NCBI GenBank assembly: GCA_045534265.1
Contig: JAZSJH010000005.1
Location: 22,234 to 86,233 of the forward strand
From: Clostridia bacterium
Lineage (GTDB): Bacteria > Bacillota > Clostridia > Christensenellales > UBA1242
Direction: 5' to 3'
Length of the DNA stretch: 64,000 bases
Position numbers and translations under genes: made by a program
The notes under the pieces: model-generated
Databases searched by the model: none
What the model was told of the DNA's origin: nothing
Seen by the model: the letters and a program-made list of their open reading frames with translations, nothing else
Shown here: piece by piece, positions 55,277-63,970 of the stretch
Position numbering within the stretch: the first letter of the stretch is position 1
Layout of the letters: each line of letters opens with the position of its first letter

Positions 55277-55825
55277 ATGAGAATAATTACAGGAAGTTTG
55301 AGAGGAAGAAAGGTCCCATCACCCGATCATGATGGAGTAAGACCTACTTCTGATAGAGTAAAAGAAAGTTTATTTAATATTATTTGGGAAAAGGTTGATG
55401 GCGGAGTATTTCTTGACCTTTTTTCTGGAACGGGCAATATAGGCTTTGAGGCTATTAGCCGTGGTGCGGACAAAGTGTATATGGTAGATAACAACAGACT
55501 ATCATATAACAGCATCAAAGACACCGCCAAAAAGTTTGGCGTAAATCCATATATTATTTTGTCAGACTACAATATGGCTTTGAAAAACTGCGCAAACCAA
55601 GGTGTTAAGTTTGATTGTATATTTATTGACCCACCATATGAGTCTATGCTTGCCGAATACGCAATTAAGCAAATCGAAAAGTTAGATCTTCTAAAAGAAG
55701 GCGGAATACTTGTTTGGGAGAGCAGTTTGCCACTCAAAAAACTAGATAACTTTGAGTGCAAATACAAAATGTACGACCTTAGAAAGTACGGCGAAATAGG
55801 ACTTGCGTTTTTTGTAAATGAGTAG
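55277..55825 (+). CDS. rsmD: 16S rRNA (guanine966-N2)-methyltransferase RsmD
   Basis: MRIITGSLRGRKV, RPTSDRVKESLFNI, DLFSGTGNIGFEAISRGA and FIDPPY. Confidence 0.85.
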   Translation: MRIITGSLRGRKVPSPDHDGVRPTSDRVKESLFNIIWEKVDGGVFLDLFSGTGNIGFEAISRGADKVYMVDNNRLSYNSIKDTAKKFGVNPYIILSDYNMALKNCANQGVKFDCIFIDPPYESMLAEYAIKQIEKLDLLKEGGILVWESSLPLKKLDNFECKYKMYDLRKYGEIGLAFFVNE

Positions 55826-55854
55826 TTGACAAACGCAAAATAAAGGTCTATAAT
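55826..55854 (+). promoter_or_regulatory. consensus sigma-A promoter (TTGACA-17-TATAAT) for the glyQS leader
   Basis: TTGACA at 55826-55831, exact 17-nt spacer, TATAAT at 55849-55854. Confidence 0.7.
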
Positions 55855-55861
55855 AGGGTTA

Positions 55862-56028
55862 TTAAAAACAGTGATGAGTTTGGCGAACTCGGAGTTGGTG
55901 ATAAAATGTCACTCGCTTGTCGGCGTAAAGATATTAATGAAGGTGGCTACTATAGTCACAAAATAGGGTGGAACCGCGGATTATTATTCGTCCCTAGCAA
56001 CTATTAGTTGTTGGGGATTTTTTTATTG
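55862..56028 (+). promoter_or_regulatory. T-box riboswitch leader (glycine type, short form)
   Basis: GTGATGAG K-turn element, TGGTGATAA distal-loop-like element, GGC codons in Stem I (e.g. 55922-55924), T-box sequence AAATAGGGTGGAACCGCGG (55961-55979), then a hairpin and T7 run before glyQS. Confidence 0.8.
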
Positions 56029-56056
56029 TCCCCAGATAAAAAAGGAGTTTATAAAA

Positions 56057-57442
56057 ATGAAAGAAACAAATGTAACAATGGACAAAGTCGTAAATTTGTG
56101 CAAGAGCAGAGGTCTTATCTTCCAAGGTAGCGAAATTTATGGCGGAATGGGAAACACTTGGGATTATGGTCCTGTAGGTGTAGAACTAAAAAACAACATC
56201 AAAAAAGCTTGGTGGCAAAAAGTCGTTCAAGAAAGAGACAATGTATATGGTGTTGACGCAGCTATACTTATGAACCCTAGAGTTTGGGACGCAAGTGGTC
56301 ACACAGCATCTTTTGCTGACCCTAAGATGGATTGCAAATCTTGCAAAACAAGACATAGAGCAGACAACCTAATCGAAGATTATAACGCAAAACACAATAT
56401 TACTATGGCTGTAGATGCTATGAGCAATGAAGAAATGCAAAACTACATCACAGAAAACAAAATCAAATGCCCAAAATGTGGTAACAGCGATTTTACAGAA
56501 ATCAAACAATTCAAGCTTATGTTTGAAACACACAGAGGTGTTGTAGAAGGTGACACAGATGTTGTATACCTAAGACCAGAAACAGCTCAAGGTGAATATG
56601 TAAACTTTTTGAATATCCAAAGATCAATGAGAGCAAAAGTTCCTTTTGGTATTGCAAATATCGGTAAAGCTTTCCGTAACGAAATCACACCTGGTAACTT
56701 TATCTTTAGAACAATTGAGTTCGAACAAATGGAACACCAACTTTTCTGTCACGAAAAAGACGCTATGATGCACTACGAAAATTACAAAAACTTCGCTATG
56801 GACTTTTTCAAACTTATCGGTATCACACCAGAAAAATTGAGATTCAAAGACCACGACAAACTAGCGCATTATGCATCTGCTGCTTGTGACGTACAATACT
56901 TGTTCCCATTTGGCTGGCAAGAACTTAACGGAACTCACCTAAGAGGTACTTGGGACCTTTCTCGTCACCAAGAATACAGCGGAAAGAGTATGGTATACCA
57001 AGACCCATTTACTAACGAAAAATTTATTCCAACAGTTGTTGAGCATACTATCGGTTGTGATAGACTAGCACTTGTTGTTTTGTGTGACGCTTATGACGAA
57101 GAAACTCTAGAAAACGGCGAAACAAGAGTAGTTATGCACTTCCATCCAGCTCTAGCTCCATACAAAATCGCAGTTTTACCACTTCAAAAGAACCTTAGCG
57201 AAAAGGCAAGAGAAGTATACAACAAACTTGCAAAACACTATATGTGTTCTTATGACGAAGCTGGTAGTATCGGTAAAAGATACAGAAGACAAGACGAAAT
57301 CGGTACTCCATACTGCGTAACTATTGACTTTGACACTCTAGAAAAAGGCCTAGTTACTGTAAGAGATAGAGATAGTATGAAACAAGATGTCGTTGCAGTC
57401 GAAGACCTAGAAAAATACTTCTACGGCAAATTTAGTTTGTAA
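56057..57442 (+). CDS. glyQS: glycine--tRNA ligase (dimeric class II GlyQS)
   Basis: 461 aa. GLIFQGSEIYGG, YLRPETAQG, GKAFRNEITP and a C-terminal anticodon-binding domain. Preceded by a T-box. Confidence 0.95.
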   Translation: MKETNVTMDKVVNLCKSRGLIFQGSEIYGGMGNTWDYGPVGVELKNNIKKAWWQKVVQERDNVYGVDAAILMNPRVWDASGHTASFADPKMDCKSCKTRHRADNLIEDYNAKHNITMAVDAMSNEEMQNYITENKIKCPKCGNSDFTEIKQFKLMFETHRGVVEGDTDVVYLRPETAQGEYVNFLNIQRSMRAKVPFGIANIGKAFRNEITPGNFIFRTIEFEQMEHQLFCHEKDAMMHYENYKNFAMDFFKLIGITPEKLRFKDHDKLAHYASAACDVQYLFPFGWQELNGTHLRGTWDLSRHQEYSGKSMVYQDPFTNEKFIPTVVEHTIGCDRLALVVLCDAYDEETLENGETRVVMHFHPALAPYKIAVLPLQKNLSEKAREVYNKLAKHYMCSYDEAGSIGKRYRRQDEIGTPYCVTIDFDTLEKGLVTVRDRDSMKQDVVAVEDLEKYFYGKFSL

Positions 57443-57495
57443 TAAAAATACCTAAATATTTTGGTTAAAATTCAAACGCTCAAAATAGCTAAAAC

Positions 57496-57531
57496 AAAAA
57501 AAAGACTTGATTATTATCAAGTCTTTTTTTT
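57496..57531. terminator. bidirectional terminator
   Basis: A-run, AGACTTGA-ttatta-TCAAGTCT, T-run, between convergent genes. Confidence 0.8.
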
Positions 57532-57549
57532 ATCGTAATATATTTGCAA

Positions 57550-58764
57550 TTATTCTTGAGTTGTCACTGTTATAGCTCCACTACCATTTATCTTAACTGT
57601 TGCATAGGTAAATGCTGTTGAAGAATACTCACTTGCACCATAAGAAGCAAATACTTGTCTTAAAGTTAAAAGCCCAGTTACATCACCATAATTTGTAGTA
57701 ATTACATTATCACCACTTGCTAAACTAATGTCACTAAAAAAGCCACTTCTACTTTCTGAAAGCCTAATAGCATCTTTACCATAATTAGAGTGATATCCAG
57801 TAATTAAAACATCTACATTGTAGTTATAATCTGCATTTGCATAATTATCAATATTTTTGTTAGTAGCATCACCAGTTAATAGCACTACTTTGTTTTGATA
57901 AGTTATTACAACAAATATACTTGCATCAAACTCAGTTTCGCAATTAGTTGGAGCAACCGGTGTCATAAAATCTATAGTGTAACTATATTCTTGTTGGTTA
58001 TAACTAAAAGCTCTTGTTACATCATAGCTATTTTCATTGGTTGGGTTAAGTTTAATAACATTACAAGTGCTAATGGTGTTAGCATAAGATACTGCATTTC
58101 TAAATCCATCTGAAATGTCATAAGTAGCCCCGGTAGTGTCTGGGATATAAAAATTCTTTACATTGTTAGCAAGTATAGGCTCCGCACCACCTGTTCTATT
58201 AGCAAAAGTATTAGTTAAAACCATATAATCAATTGTAGTAAAGCCATTATCAGTTGCAAATCTCCTAAATGTGCGTATATCTACAGCCTGTGTTCCACCT
58301 GCATCAATAAGCATATTTTTACCGTCTGGCAACTTAACTAATGTAAATACACCATTGCCATCTGTTTGGTAAGTGATAATTTCTAAATCACGAATAGATG
58401 TCACAACTTCTAAACTATTATAACCACAAACTGAACATATATTGCCACTATGGTTTTCTTTGGTTGTAGGTTCTCCGCAAATGCTGCATTGTTGCCAGTG
58501 ACCTGCATCATCACTTAGATAGTCAGAGCCATAACTGCAAGTATGACTTTTATCAAATCCACAAACAGAACAAATATCTCCATCATGAGTGTTTTTATCT
58601 TTCACTTCATTACAGCCATCACAAGTAAGCCAGTGATTGTTATAATCGCTAGAATATTCAGTCGACCAATTGTGAGTGTGTGGTGGATCACCGCCACAAG
58701 CTGTTAGTATCAATGCACAAGGCAATACCAAAAGCGCAAGCATAAATGTTAATAACTTTTTCAT
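57550..58764 (-). CDS. lipoprotein with N-terminal Cys/His repeats and a ComEC-type metallo-beta-lactamase-fold domain lacking the HxHxDH motif
   Basis: Lipobox LILTACGG. Two H.W..C..C......H.G.ICSVCG repeats. MBL-like FTLVKLPDGKNMLIDAGG, IDYMVLTNTFANRTGG (in place of TH.H.DH.GG) and VVLLTGD. Confidence 0.6.
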   Translation of the reverse strand: MKKLLTFMLALLVLPCALILTACGGDPPHTHNWSTEYSSDYNNHWLTCDGCNEVKDKNTHDGDICSVCGFDKSHTCSYGSDYLSDDAGHWQQCSICGEPTTKENHSGNICSVCGYNSLEVVTSIRDLEIITYQTDGNGVFTLVKLPDGKNMLIDAGGTQAVDIRTFRRFATDNGFTTIDYMVLTNTFANRTGGAEPILANNVKNFYIPDTTGATYDISDGFRNAVSYANTISTCNVIKLNPTNENSYDVTRAFSYNQQEYSYTIDFMTPVAPTNCETEFDASIFVVITYQNKVVLLTGDATNKNIDNYANADYNYNVDVLITGYHSNYGKDAIRLSESRSGFFSDISLASGDNVITTNYGDVTGLLTLRQVFASYGASEYSSTAFTYATVKINGSGAITVTTQE

Positions 58765-58830
58765 ACATTTATCTCCTATACCTAGAGTATAGCATACAAT
58801 ATATTTTTTTGTATCAATTATATCTAAATT

Positions 58831-58869
58831 AAAAAAAAGAATTAGAAAAAATTTCTAATTCTTTTTTTT
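58831..58869. terminator. bidirectional terminator
   Basis: AGAATTAGAAA-aa-TTTCTAATTCT with flanking A- and T-runs. Confidence 0.75.
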
Positions 58870-58895
58870 GTCTGTTTTATTTAACTATATCTTTA

Positions 58896-60068
58896 TTAAG
58901 GATTTAGTTCTGGAGCATCATATGATCCGCCAGATAGGTCGTTGTTGTAGCTACCTACATCTTCAAATCCTTGATCATAAGTTCCTGTGTTTGGAAGTCC
59001 TGAATTTTGGTTTTTAGTTTCTTCTTCTTGCTTAGTTTCAGAAGTTCCTGTTCCACTCATAGAACCTTTACCTTCTTCGCGTTCTGCAGCAGTAAAGTCA
59101 TCTGTAGCTGAAGTTAGGTCTTTCTTGTCATCTAGCTCTGGAGCATCATATGTTCCTGTGTTTGGTTTTTCTCCATCTAGGTCTGGATTGTTAGGAATAT
59201 AGATTTCGTAATCTTCTTCGCCATCTTGTCCAGGTACGATAATTGTAGTTCCGCCGTGGTTGTCTTTTACTTTTTCGTCATCATATCCTGCTGGTGGAGT
59301 TCCTACATCAGATGTTGGTGGAGTAGTAGGTGTTGTTTGATTTTTATGTTCGATATGTTCTGCAATAGAGTGTACACCAAGAGCAACGCCAGCTGATACG
59401 CCAACCACTAGGAAGAATAGTCCAACTTTCTTAGCAACTGTTTTAATCTTTGATGGTTTTTTAGTTGGTTGTGGCTGTGGTTGAGGTTGTGGACGAGGTT
59501 GTGGTTGAGGTTGTGGTCTAGGACCTGGTTGTGGCTGTGGTTGAGGTTGTGGTTGAGGTTGTGGTTGTGGAGTAACCTTCTTTTTAGTCTTTGGTCTATA
59601 AGGTACTGGTTTTACAGGAGTTCCATTACATTTAATTGTAAGTTCCTTTTTGCCATTAACGGCTGTGTTGCCAGTATTAATTGTCATAGAGTAAGGTAGT
59701 TCTTGAATTGGTTTTGTTGGGTCAGCAGAAGGTGTTCTTGTAATGATAGAGAAAGTTTTTTGTTTTTTCTTTGTATCTTCTGTCATTTGAAATTCAAGTT
59801 CGCAACCGCGTTGTTTAGTTACTATGTGAGCTGGAGAACCACCAACGTGTGTTCTTGTTCCGCCATTTTGTATATCAAGTCCAACACCGCAATTATCTTT
59901 TGCTCTACCAGTTTGAGCTGATACTATGTCTTCTGTTAATACAAAATCATAAACAAGAGCTGTCAAAACATCTTCAGATGGGTTTACATTAGTAGTTACA
60001 TAAGTATCATTAAGATATTTTTGAAATTTACCAATAGTATTTCTTACAGTTTGGATATTTGTTATCAT
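58896..60068 (-). CDS. single-pass membrane protein with long Pro-Gln repeat linker
   Basis: AAAGGAG RBS before ATG (60068). About 190-aa N-terminal domain, (PQ)n/PRPQ tract, TM helix VGLFFLVVGVSAGVALGV, and an acidic C-terminal region with repeated PNTGTYD and YDAPEL motifs. Confidence 0.6.
   Translation of the reverse strand: MITNIQTVRNTIGKFQKYLNDTYVTTNVNPSEDVLTALVYDFVLTEDIVSAQTGRAKDNCGVGLDIQNGGTRTHVGGSPAHIVTKQRGCELEFQMTEDTKKKQKTFSIITRTPSADPTKPIQELPYSMTINTGNTAVNGKKELTIKCNGTPVKPVPYRPKTKKKVTPQPQPQPQPQPQPQPGPRPQPQPQPRPQPQPQPQPTKKPSKIKTVAKKVGLFFLVVGVSAGVALGVHSIAEHIEHKNQTTPTTPPTSDVGTPPAGYDDEKVKDNHGGTTIIVPGQDGEEDYEIYIPNNPDLDGEKPNTGTYDAPELDDKKDLTSATDDFTAAEREEGKGSMSGTGTSETKQEEETKNQNSGLPNTGTYDQGFEDVGSYNNDLSGGSYDAPELNP
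59467..59572 (-). repeat. coding hexanucleotide-type repeat (CCxCAA)n encoding the PQ/PRPQ tract
   Basis: The plus strand reads GGTTGTGGCTGTGGTTGAGGTTGTGG... for about 105 nt. Confidence 0.85.
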
Positions 60069-60311
60069 TTTTAAATCTCCTTTGACAAAGAAAGTATATT
60101 TCTTTGTTGAGATTATTTTAGCATATTTATATAAATATTGCAATACTCAAATTTATAAAAATTATGTTTTTTGCCAAAATTTGTGCGGTTTTACAAAAAT
60201 ATTCGATTAACTTGCTTTATGAGACTATTTTGGTACATAGAAAGCTGTGTTTAAGTTGATAAATTTGCCTTTATATGGTATTATTGAGACATAAATATAA
60301 GGAGAGAGAAT

Positions 60312-60845
60312 ATGACAGAGCAAGAAAAAAATGAAATTGTAGAAGCTGTTTTGCAAAGACTAAACGGCAAAGTTGAGATGAAAGTAGAAATAATGGACGG
60401 AGCAACAGCGCCATTTTATGCGCATCCAGGGGACGCTGGTATGGACCTTAGAGCAAATGCAGATATAGACATTGCACCTATGCAAACTGTAATTATCCCA
60501 ACAGGTTTTAAGGCGGCTATTCCAGAAGGATATGAAATTGCAATAAGACCAAGAAGCGGGCTAAATGCAAAAACCCCACTAAGAGTAGCATATGGAACAA
60601 TTGATTGCGGATATAGAGGAGAGTTTGGCGTTGTTATGACAAACTATTCTCCAGAAAACTACAAAGATGTTGATTGTACTGTGGAAGACAAGCATAAATT
60701 TGGTACATACCATATCAAAAAAGGCGACAGAATAGCCCAAATTGTTATGAGTAGATATGCAGAGATGGAACTTGTACAAGTAGAAGATATAACAACTATC
60801 GAAGGAAACCGTGGTGGCGGTTTTGGTAGCTCTGGTACAAAATAA
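60312..60845 (+). CDS. dut: dUTP diphosphatase (trimeric dUTPase)
   Basis: Motifs AHPGDAGMDL, IRPRSGL, GTIDCGYRGE and C-terminal RGGGFGSSG. Confidence 0.9.
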   Translation: MTEQEKNEIVEAVLQRLNGKVEMKVEIMDGATAPFYAHPGDAGMDLRANADIDIAPMQTVIIPTGFKAAIPEGYEIAIRPRSGLNAKTPLRVAYGTIDCGYRGEFGVVMTNYSPENYKDVDCTVEDKHKFGTYHIKKGDRIAQIVMSRYAEMELVQVEDITTIEGNRGGGFGSSGTK

Positions 60846-60862
60846 TATACAAAGGACAATAA

Positions 60863-61612
60863 ATGATGGAATTTGATATCGAAAAAATTCTAAAGGAACT
60901 TGCAAAGGAGCGTCCAGTTTTTCATAACGAAAGTGACTTTCAATTTTGTTTGGCTCTAAAAATAAAAGAAATTTATCCAAGTTATGAAATAAGACTAGAG
61001 AAATTTTTTGGTACAGAAAGAGAAATTGTAAATGGCAGAAATCAAACTATAAGAAAATATATTGATATAATAGTTGCTGATGAACCTAGTGAAAAATACA
61101 TAGCAATTGAGCTAAAATATAAAACAAAAGGTGTTCAGTTTAACTCTTTTAGAGAAGAATATGACCTTCAAGATCATGGGGCACAAGACTATGGCAGTTA
61201 TGCAGTACTTGCTGATGTTGAAAGAATAGAAACTTTGAGACGAATTGACAAATTTTATCGTGGTTTTCACTTTGAAAAAGGTTATTCAATTATTATTTCT
61301 AATGATAGATATTATGAAAAGGATAATGAGAATAATTTGTTTTCTAGTTATTGGCTTACCGATGGAAAAATTATTAATAAAGGTAAGTTGGATTTTGTTA
61401 TACCACAAGGAAAAACTCAAAACCAAACTTGTGCAAAAGGATTCAAGTCTATTTGTTTAGAAGATGATTATAAAATAGAGTGGAAACAATACTCTAATAT
61501 TATGTATGATGAGACTGATTTGCCAACACACTCTAGCAGCCAAAAAGCATTTAAGGAACGCAGAAGCTTTAGATGTGCAATACTTACAATACAAAACAAA
61601 AAAGACCTATAA
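60863..61612 (+). CDS. hypothetical protein with PD-(D/E)xK nuclease-like motif
   Basis: ESDFQ (helix E), YIDIIVAD (D) and, 14 aa later, IAIELKYK (E-x-K). No other domain recognised. Confidence 0.45.
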   Translation: MMEFDIEKILKELAKERPVFHNESDFQFCLALKIKEIYPSYEIRLEKFFGTEREIVNGRNQTIRKYIDIIVADEPSEKYIAIELKYKTKGVQFNSFREEYDLQDHGAQDYGSYAVLADVERIETLRRIDKFYRGFHFEKGYSIIISNDRYYEKDNENNLFSSYWLTDGKIINKGKLDFVIPQGKTQNQTCAKGFKSICLEDDYKIEWKQYSNIMYDETDLPTHSSSQKAFKERRSFRCAILTIQNKKDL

Positions 61613-61630
61613 AAATTAGGTCTTTTTTTA
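61603..61630 (+). terminator. intrinsic terminator
   Basis: AGACCTA-taaaaat-TAGGTCT followed by a T-run. It overlaps the stop codon. Confidence 0.75.
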
Positions 61631-61736
61631 TGTTGAAAATTTTCTGCTGGCAGTTTTTTAACGCACCGTTCTCGTCCCAATATCTTTCAGCTTTCAAATA
61701 AATAAGATAAAAAAAACAAGGTATTAACCTTGTAAT

Positions 61737-61812
61737 TGGTGACACATATGGGACTCGAACCCATGTTACCGGCGTGAGAGGCCAGCGTACTAGACCGCTA
61801 TACGAATGTGCC
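61737..61812 (-). tRNA. tRNA-Glu (anticodon CTC)
   Basis: Reverse complement is GGCACAT TCGTATAGCGGTCTAGTAC..CTGGC-CTCTCAC-GCCGG..ATGGGTTCGAGTCCCAT-ATGTGTC-A-CCA. Confidence 0.88.
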
Positions 61813-61924
61813 ATATTTTTGAAACAATAGTATATTATCATTTTTTTTATTCTTTGGCAATACTTTTTGAGTAATTTTTTTATTTTGTTTGTAGTTAAAT
61901 GGCTATTGCTATATAATAATAGTG

Positions 61925-63967
61925 ATGAATAGCGAAAAATGTAGAATTATAAATTTTAGAACTTTTGCTCTGGGTGGCGTTGTTATGCTAGCCACTATAT
62001 TTTTTGCGTTTATGTGTTTTGAGAGCCTTTGGTATATTTTACCATTAAGCCTGATGTTTACTATAGGAATTGTTTATTTTTGTGCCAAAAAGGCTTTTGC
62101 TAAACTTATATATTTTTGCTCGGTAATGGTGATAGCGGTCGGGGTTTTGCTGCTTTCGGTTTTTACCTACAATGACTTTTCGGTAAATAACCAAAAAGTA
62201 AAGTTTGATTGTAGAGTAGATAGCATTTATTCAAGCTATGACAGCAGCATATCTGTTATTGCAAGCAATGTAAAAATTAACGATAAAAAAGTTTCTGGGA
62301 AAGTCTTTGTTACCATATACAGTTTGGACGAAATAAGTATTGGTGACAAGTTAACATTTGATGGAGTAGCTAAAAGTTATGATGTTTTTTACCTTGTAAA
62401 AAATAACTTTAGCTTTTATAAAAATAACATAAAATATAGAGTTTCGACCAATGTAGATAAACTTACAATAACGTCTGGAAAAATGACTTTTGTAGAAAGT
62501 TACAAAGAGACTACAAAAGCAAATCTTATAAACATAATGGGTAAAGATGTAGGCGGGGTGTCGTATGCACTTTTGTTTGGGGACAAGACATTAATTGACG
62601 GGGATATTTACAACCTATTTAGAGCTAGCGGCACATCACATTTACTTGCAATATCTGGACTTCATATTTCAATAATAATTGGTCTTGTGTATTTTCTTAT
62701 AAGAAAACTAAGGATTAAAAATCTGTATAAATTTTTGATTATGCTTGCGTTTTTGGGTGTATATTGTTATTTGTGTGGTTTTGCAGTTTCTGTATGCAGA
62801 GCTTCGATTATGGGGCTTGTTATGATAGGCTCAAAGCTTATTGGCAAAAGATATGATAGTCTAAATGCACTTGGTTTTGCTGGTATGATTATATTATTAT
62901 TTAGTCCGCTTAGTATATTTAGTGCAGGTTTTTTGCTAAGTTTTGGGGCGGTACTTGCAATCATTCTTTTCTCAAAAGCTCTAGACAAAGTAAAATTTCC
63001 GCATAATATTGTAAGAAAAATTGTAACGACAATGTTTATAACTTTTGTTGTGACGATATTTACGTATCCTATAACTGCAAGCTTTTTTAGAGAGATTGCT
63101 CTTTATTCTGTGTTTGCAAATTTGATTATAATACCTTTGTTTAGTGTCGGGTTTGTTTGTGTATTTGCATTTCACTTGCTAGCTTATATTGGTCTTGGGT
63201 TTTTGCTTTATGTGCCGAAAATTATATTCCAAATAATCTTTGCAATCAACAACTTTTTTGTAAGCTTGCCATTTGCGGTTATAAAAGCCTCTGGTGTTTC
63301 GCTATTAGTTGCGGTACTTATATATTTACTTTTGTTTGTAATAAGCAGATTTGTTATGCTAAAAACAAAAATAAAAGTAATTAGTTGCTTTGTAATTTTT
63401 TTAATTTGTGCTACTATTATGTTAGCAAATGGTATTGGGCAATATAATACCAGTTATGCTTATTTTGGGGAGTTTGGTAATAGTGCTGTTTTTGTAAATC
63501 AAAACAAAAACTATCTTGTAAGCCCAAAGTTATCTAGTACATATGCTTATAACACAAAAAGGGAATTAAGACAAAAAGATATTCTTAATATTGATGGAAT
63601 TATCTTTACAAAAGATGATAACTTTGAAGTAAAACTTTTACAAAATTTTATGAAAGACTTTGGCAGTCCAATGATTTACGTTCCAAAAGGTCACCCAGCT
63701 ATAGCTAATCTTAAGTCTACGCAAATAGATTTTGTAGAATATGATGACGGAGTGATTTTGGACGGGAATATCTATATTTGTATAGATAATGTTTTTGGAG
63801 ATAGCTTAACAAGCATAGTTATTTGTGATACTTGTTTTGCCTTTGCGGGAAAAGATTTTGATATTACAAATGATAGCAATGCTTATGATTATCTTGTATA
63901 CAATGGACAAATGCAAAGTGATAATGATAAAATAATAACAGACACACGATATATCAAATTAGGGTAA
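61925..63967 (+). CDS. comEC: DNA internalisation-related competence protein ComEC/Rec2 (C-terminal MBL domain degenerate)
   Basis: Competence domain LLFGDKTLIDGDIYNLFRASGTSHLLAISGLHISII and many TM helices. The C-terminal ~180 aa keeps the MBL-like outline (GNSAVFVNQNKNYLV, IDGIIFTKDDNFE) without HxHxDH. Confidence 0.85.
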   Translation: MNSEKCRIINFRTFALGGVVMLATIFFAFMCFESLWYILPLSLMFTIGIVYFCAKKAFAKLIYFCSVMVIAVGVLLLSVFTYNDFSVNNQKVKFDCRVDSIYSSYDSSISVIASNVKINDKKVSGKVFVTIYSLDEISIGDKLTFDGVAKSYDVFYLVKNNFSFYKNNIKYRVSTNVDKLTITSGKMTFVESYKETTKANLINIMGKDVGGVSYALLFGDKTLIDGDIYNLFRASGTSHLLAISGLHISIIIGLVYFLIRKLRIKNLYKFLIMLAFLGVYCYLCGFAVSVCRASIMGLVMIGSKLIGKRYDSLNALGFAGMIILLFSPLSIFSAGFLLSFGAVLAIILFSKALDKVKFPHNIVRKIVTTMFITFVVTIFTYPITASFFREIALYSVFANLIIIPLFSVGFVCVFAFHLLAYIGLGFLLYVPKIIFQIIFAINNFFVSLPFAVIKASGVSLLVAVLIYLLLFVISRFVMLKTKIKVISCFVIFLICATIMLANGIGQYNTSYAYFGEFGNSAVFVNQNKNYLVSPKLSSTYAYNTKRELRQKDILNIDGIIFTKDDNFEVKLLQNFMKDFGSPMIYVPKGHPAIANLKSTQIDFVEYDDGVILDGNIYICIDNVFGDSLTSIVICDTCFAFAGKDFDITNDSNAYDYLVYNGQMQSDNDKIITDTRYIKLG

Positions 63968-63970
63968 AAT

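Noticed and set aside
59469-59921. Plus-strand ORFs 59469-59699 (MWLWLRLW...) and 59703-59921
   Set aside because: They are antisense to the PQ-repeat gene. The W/L/R repeat is simply the reverse-complement reading of the (CCxCAA)n tract. There is no RBS.
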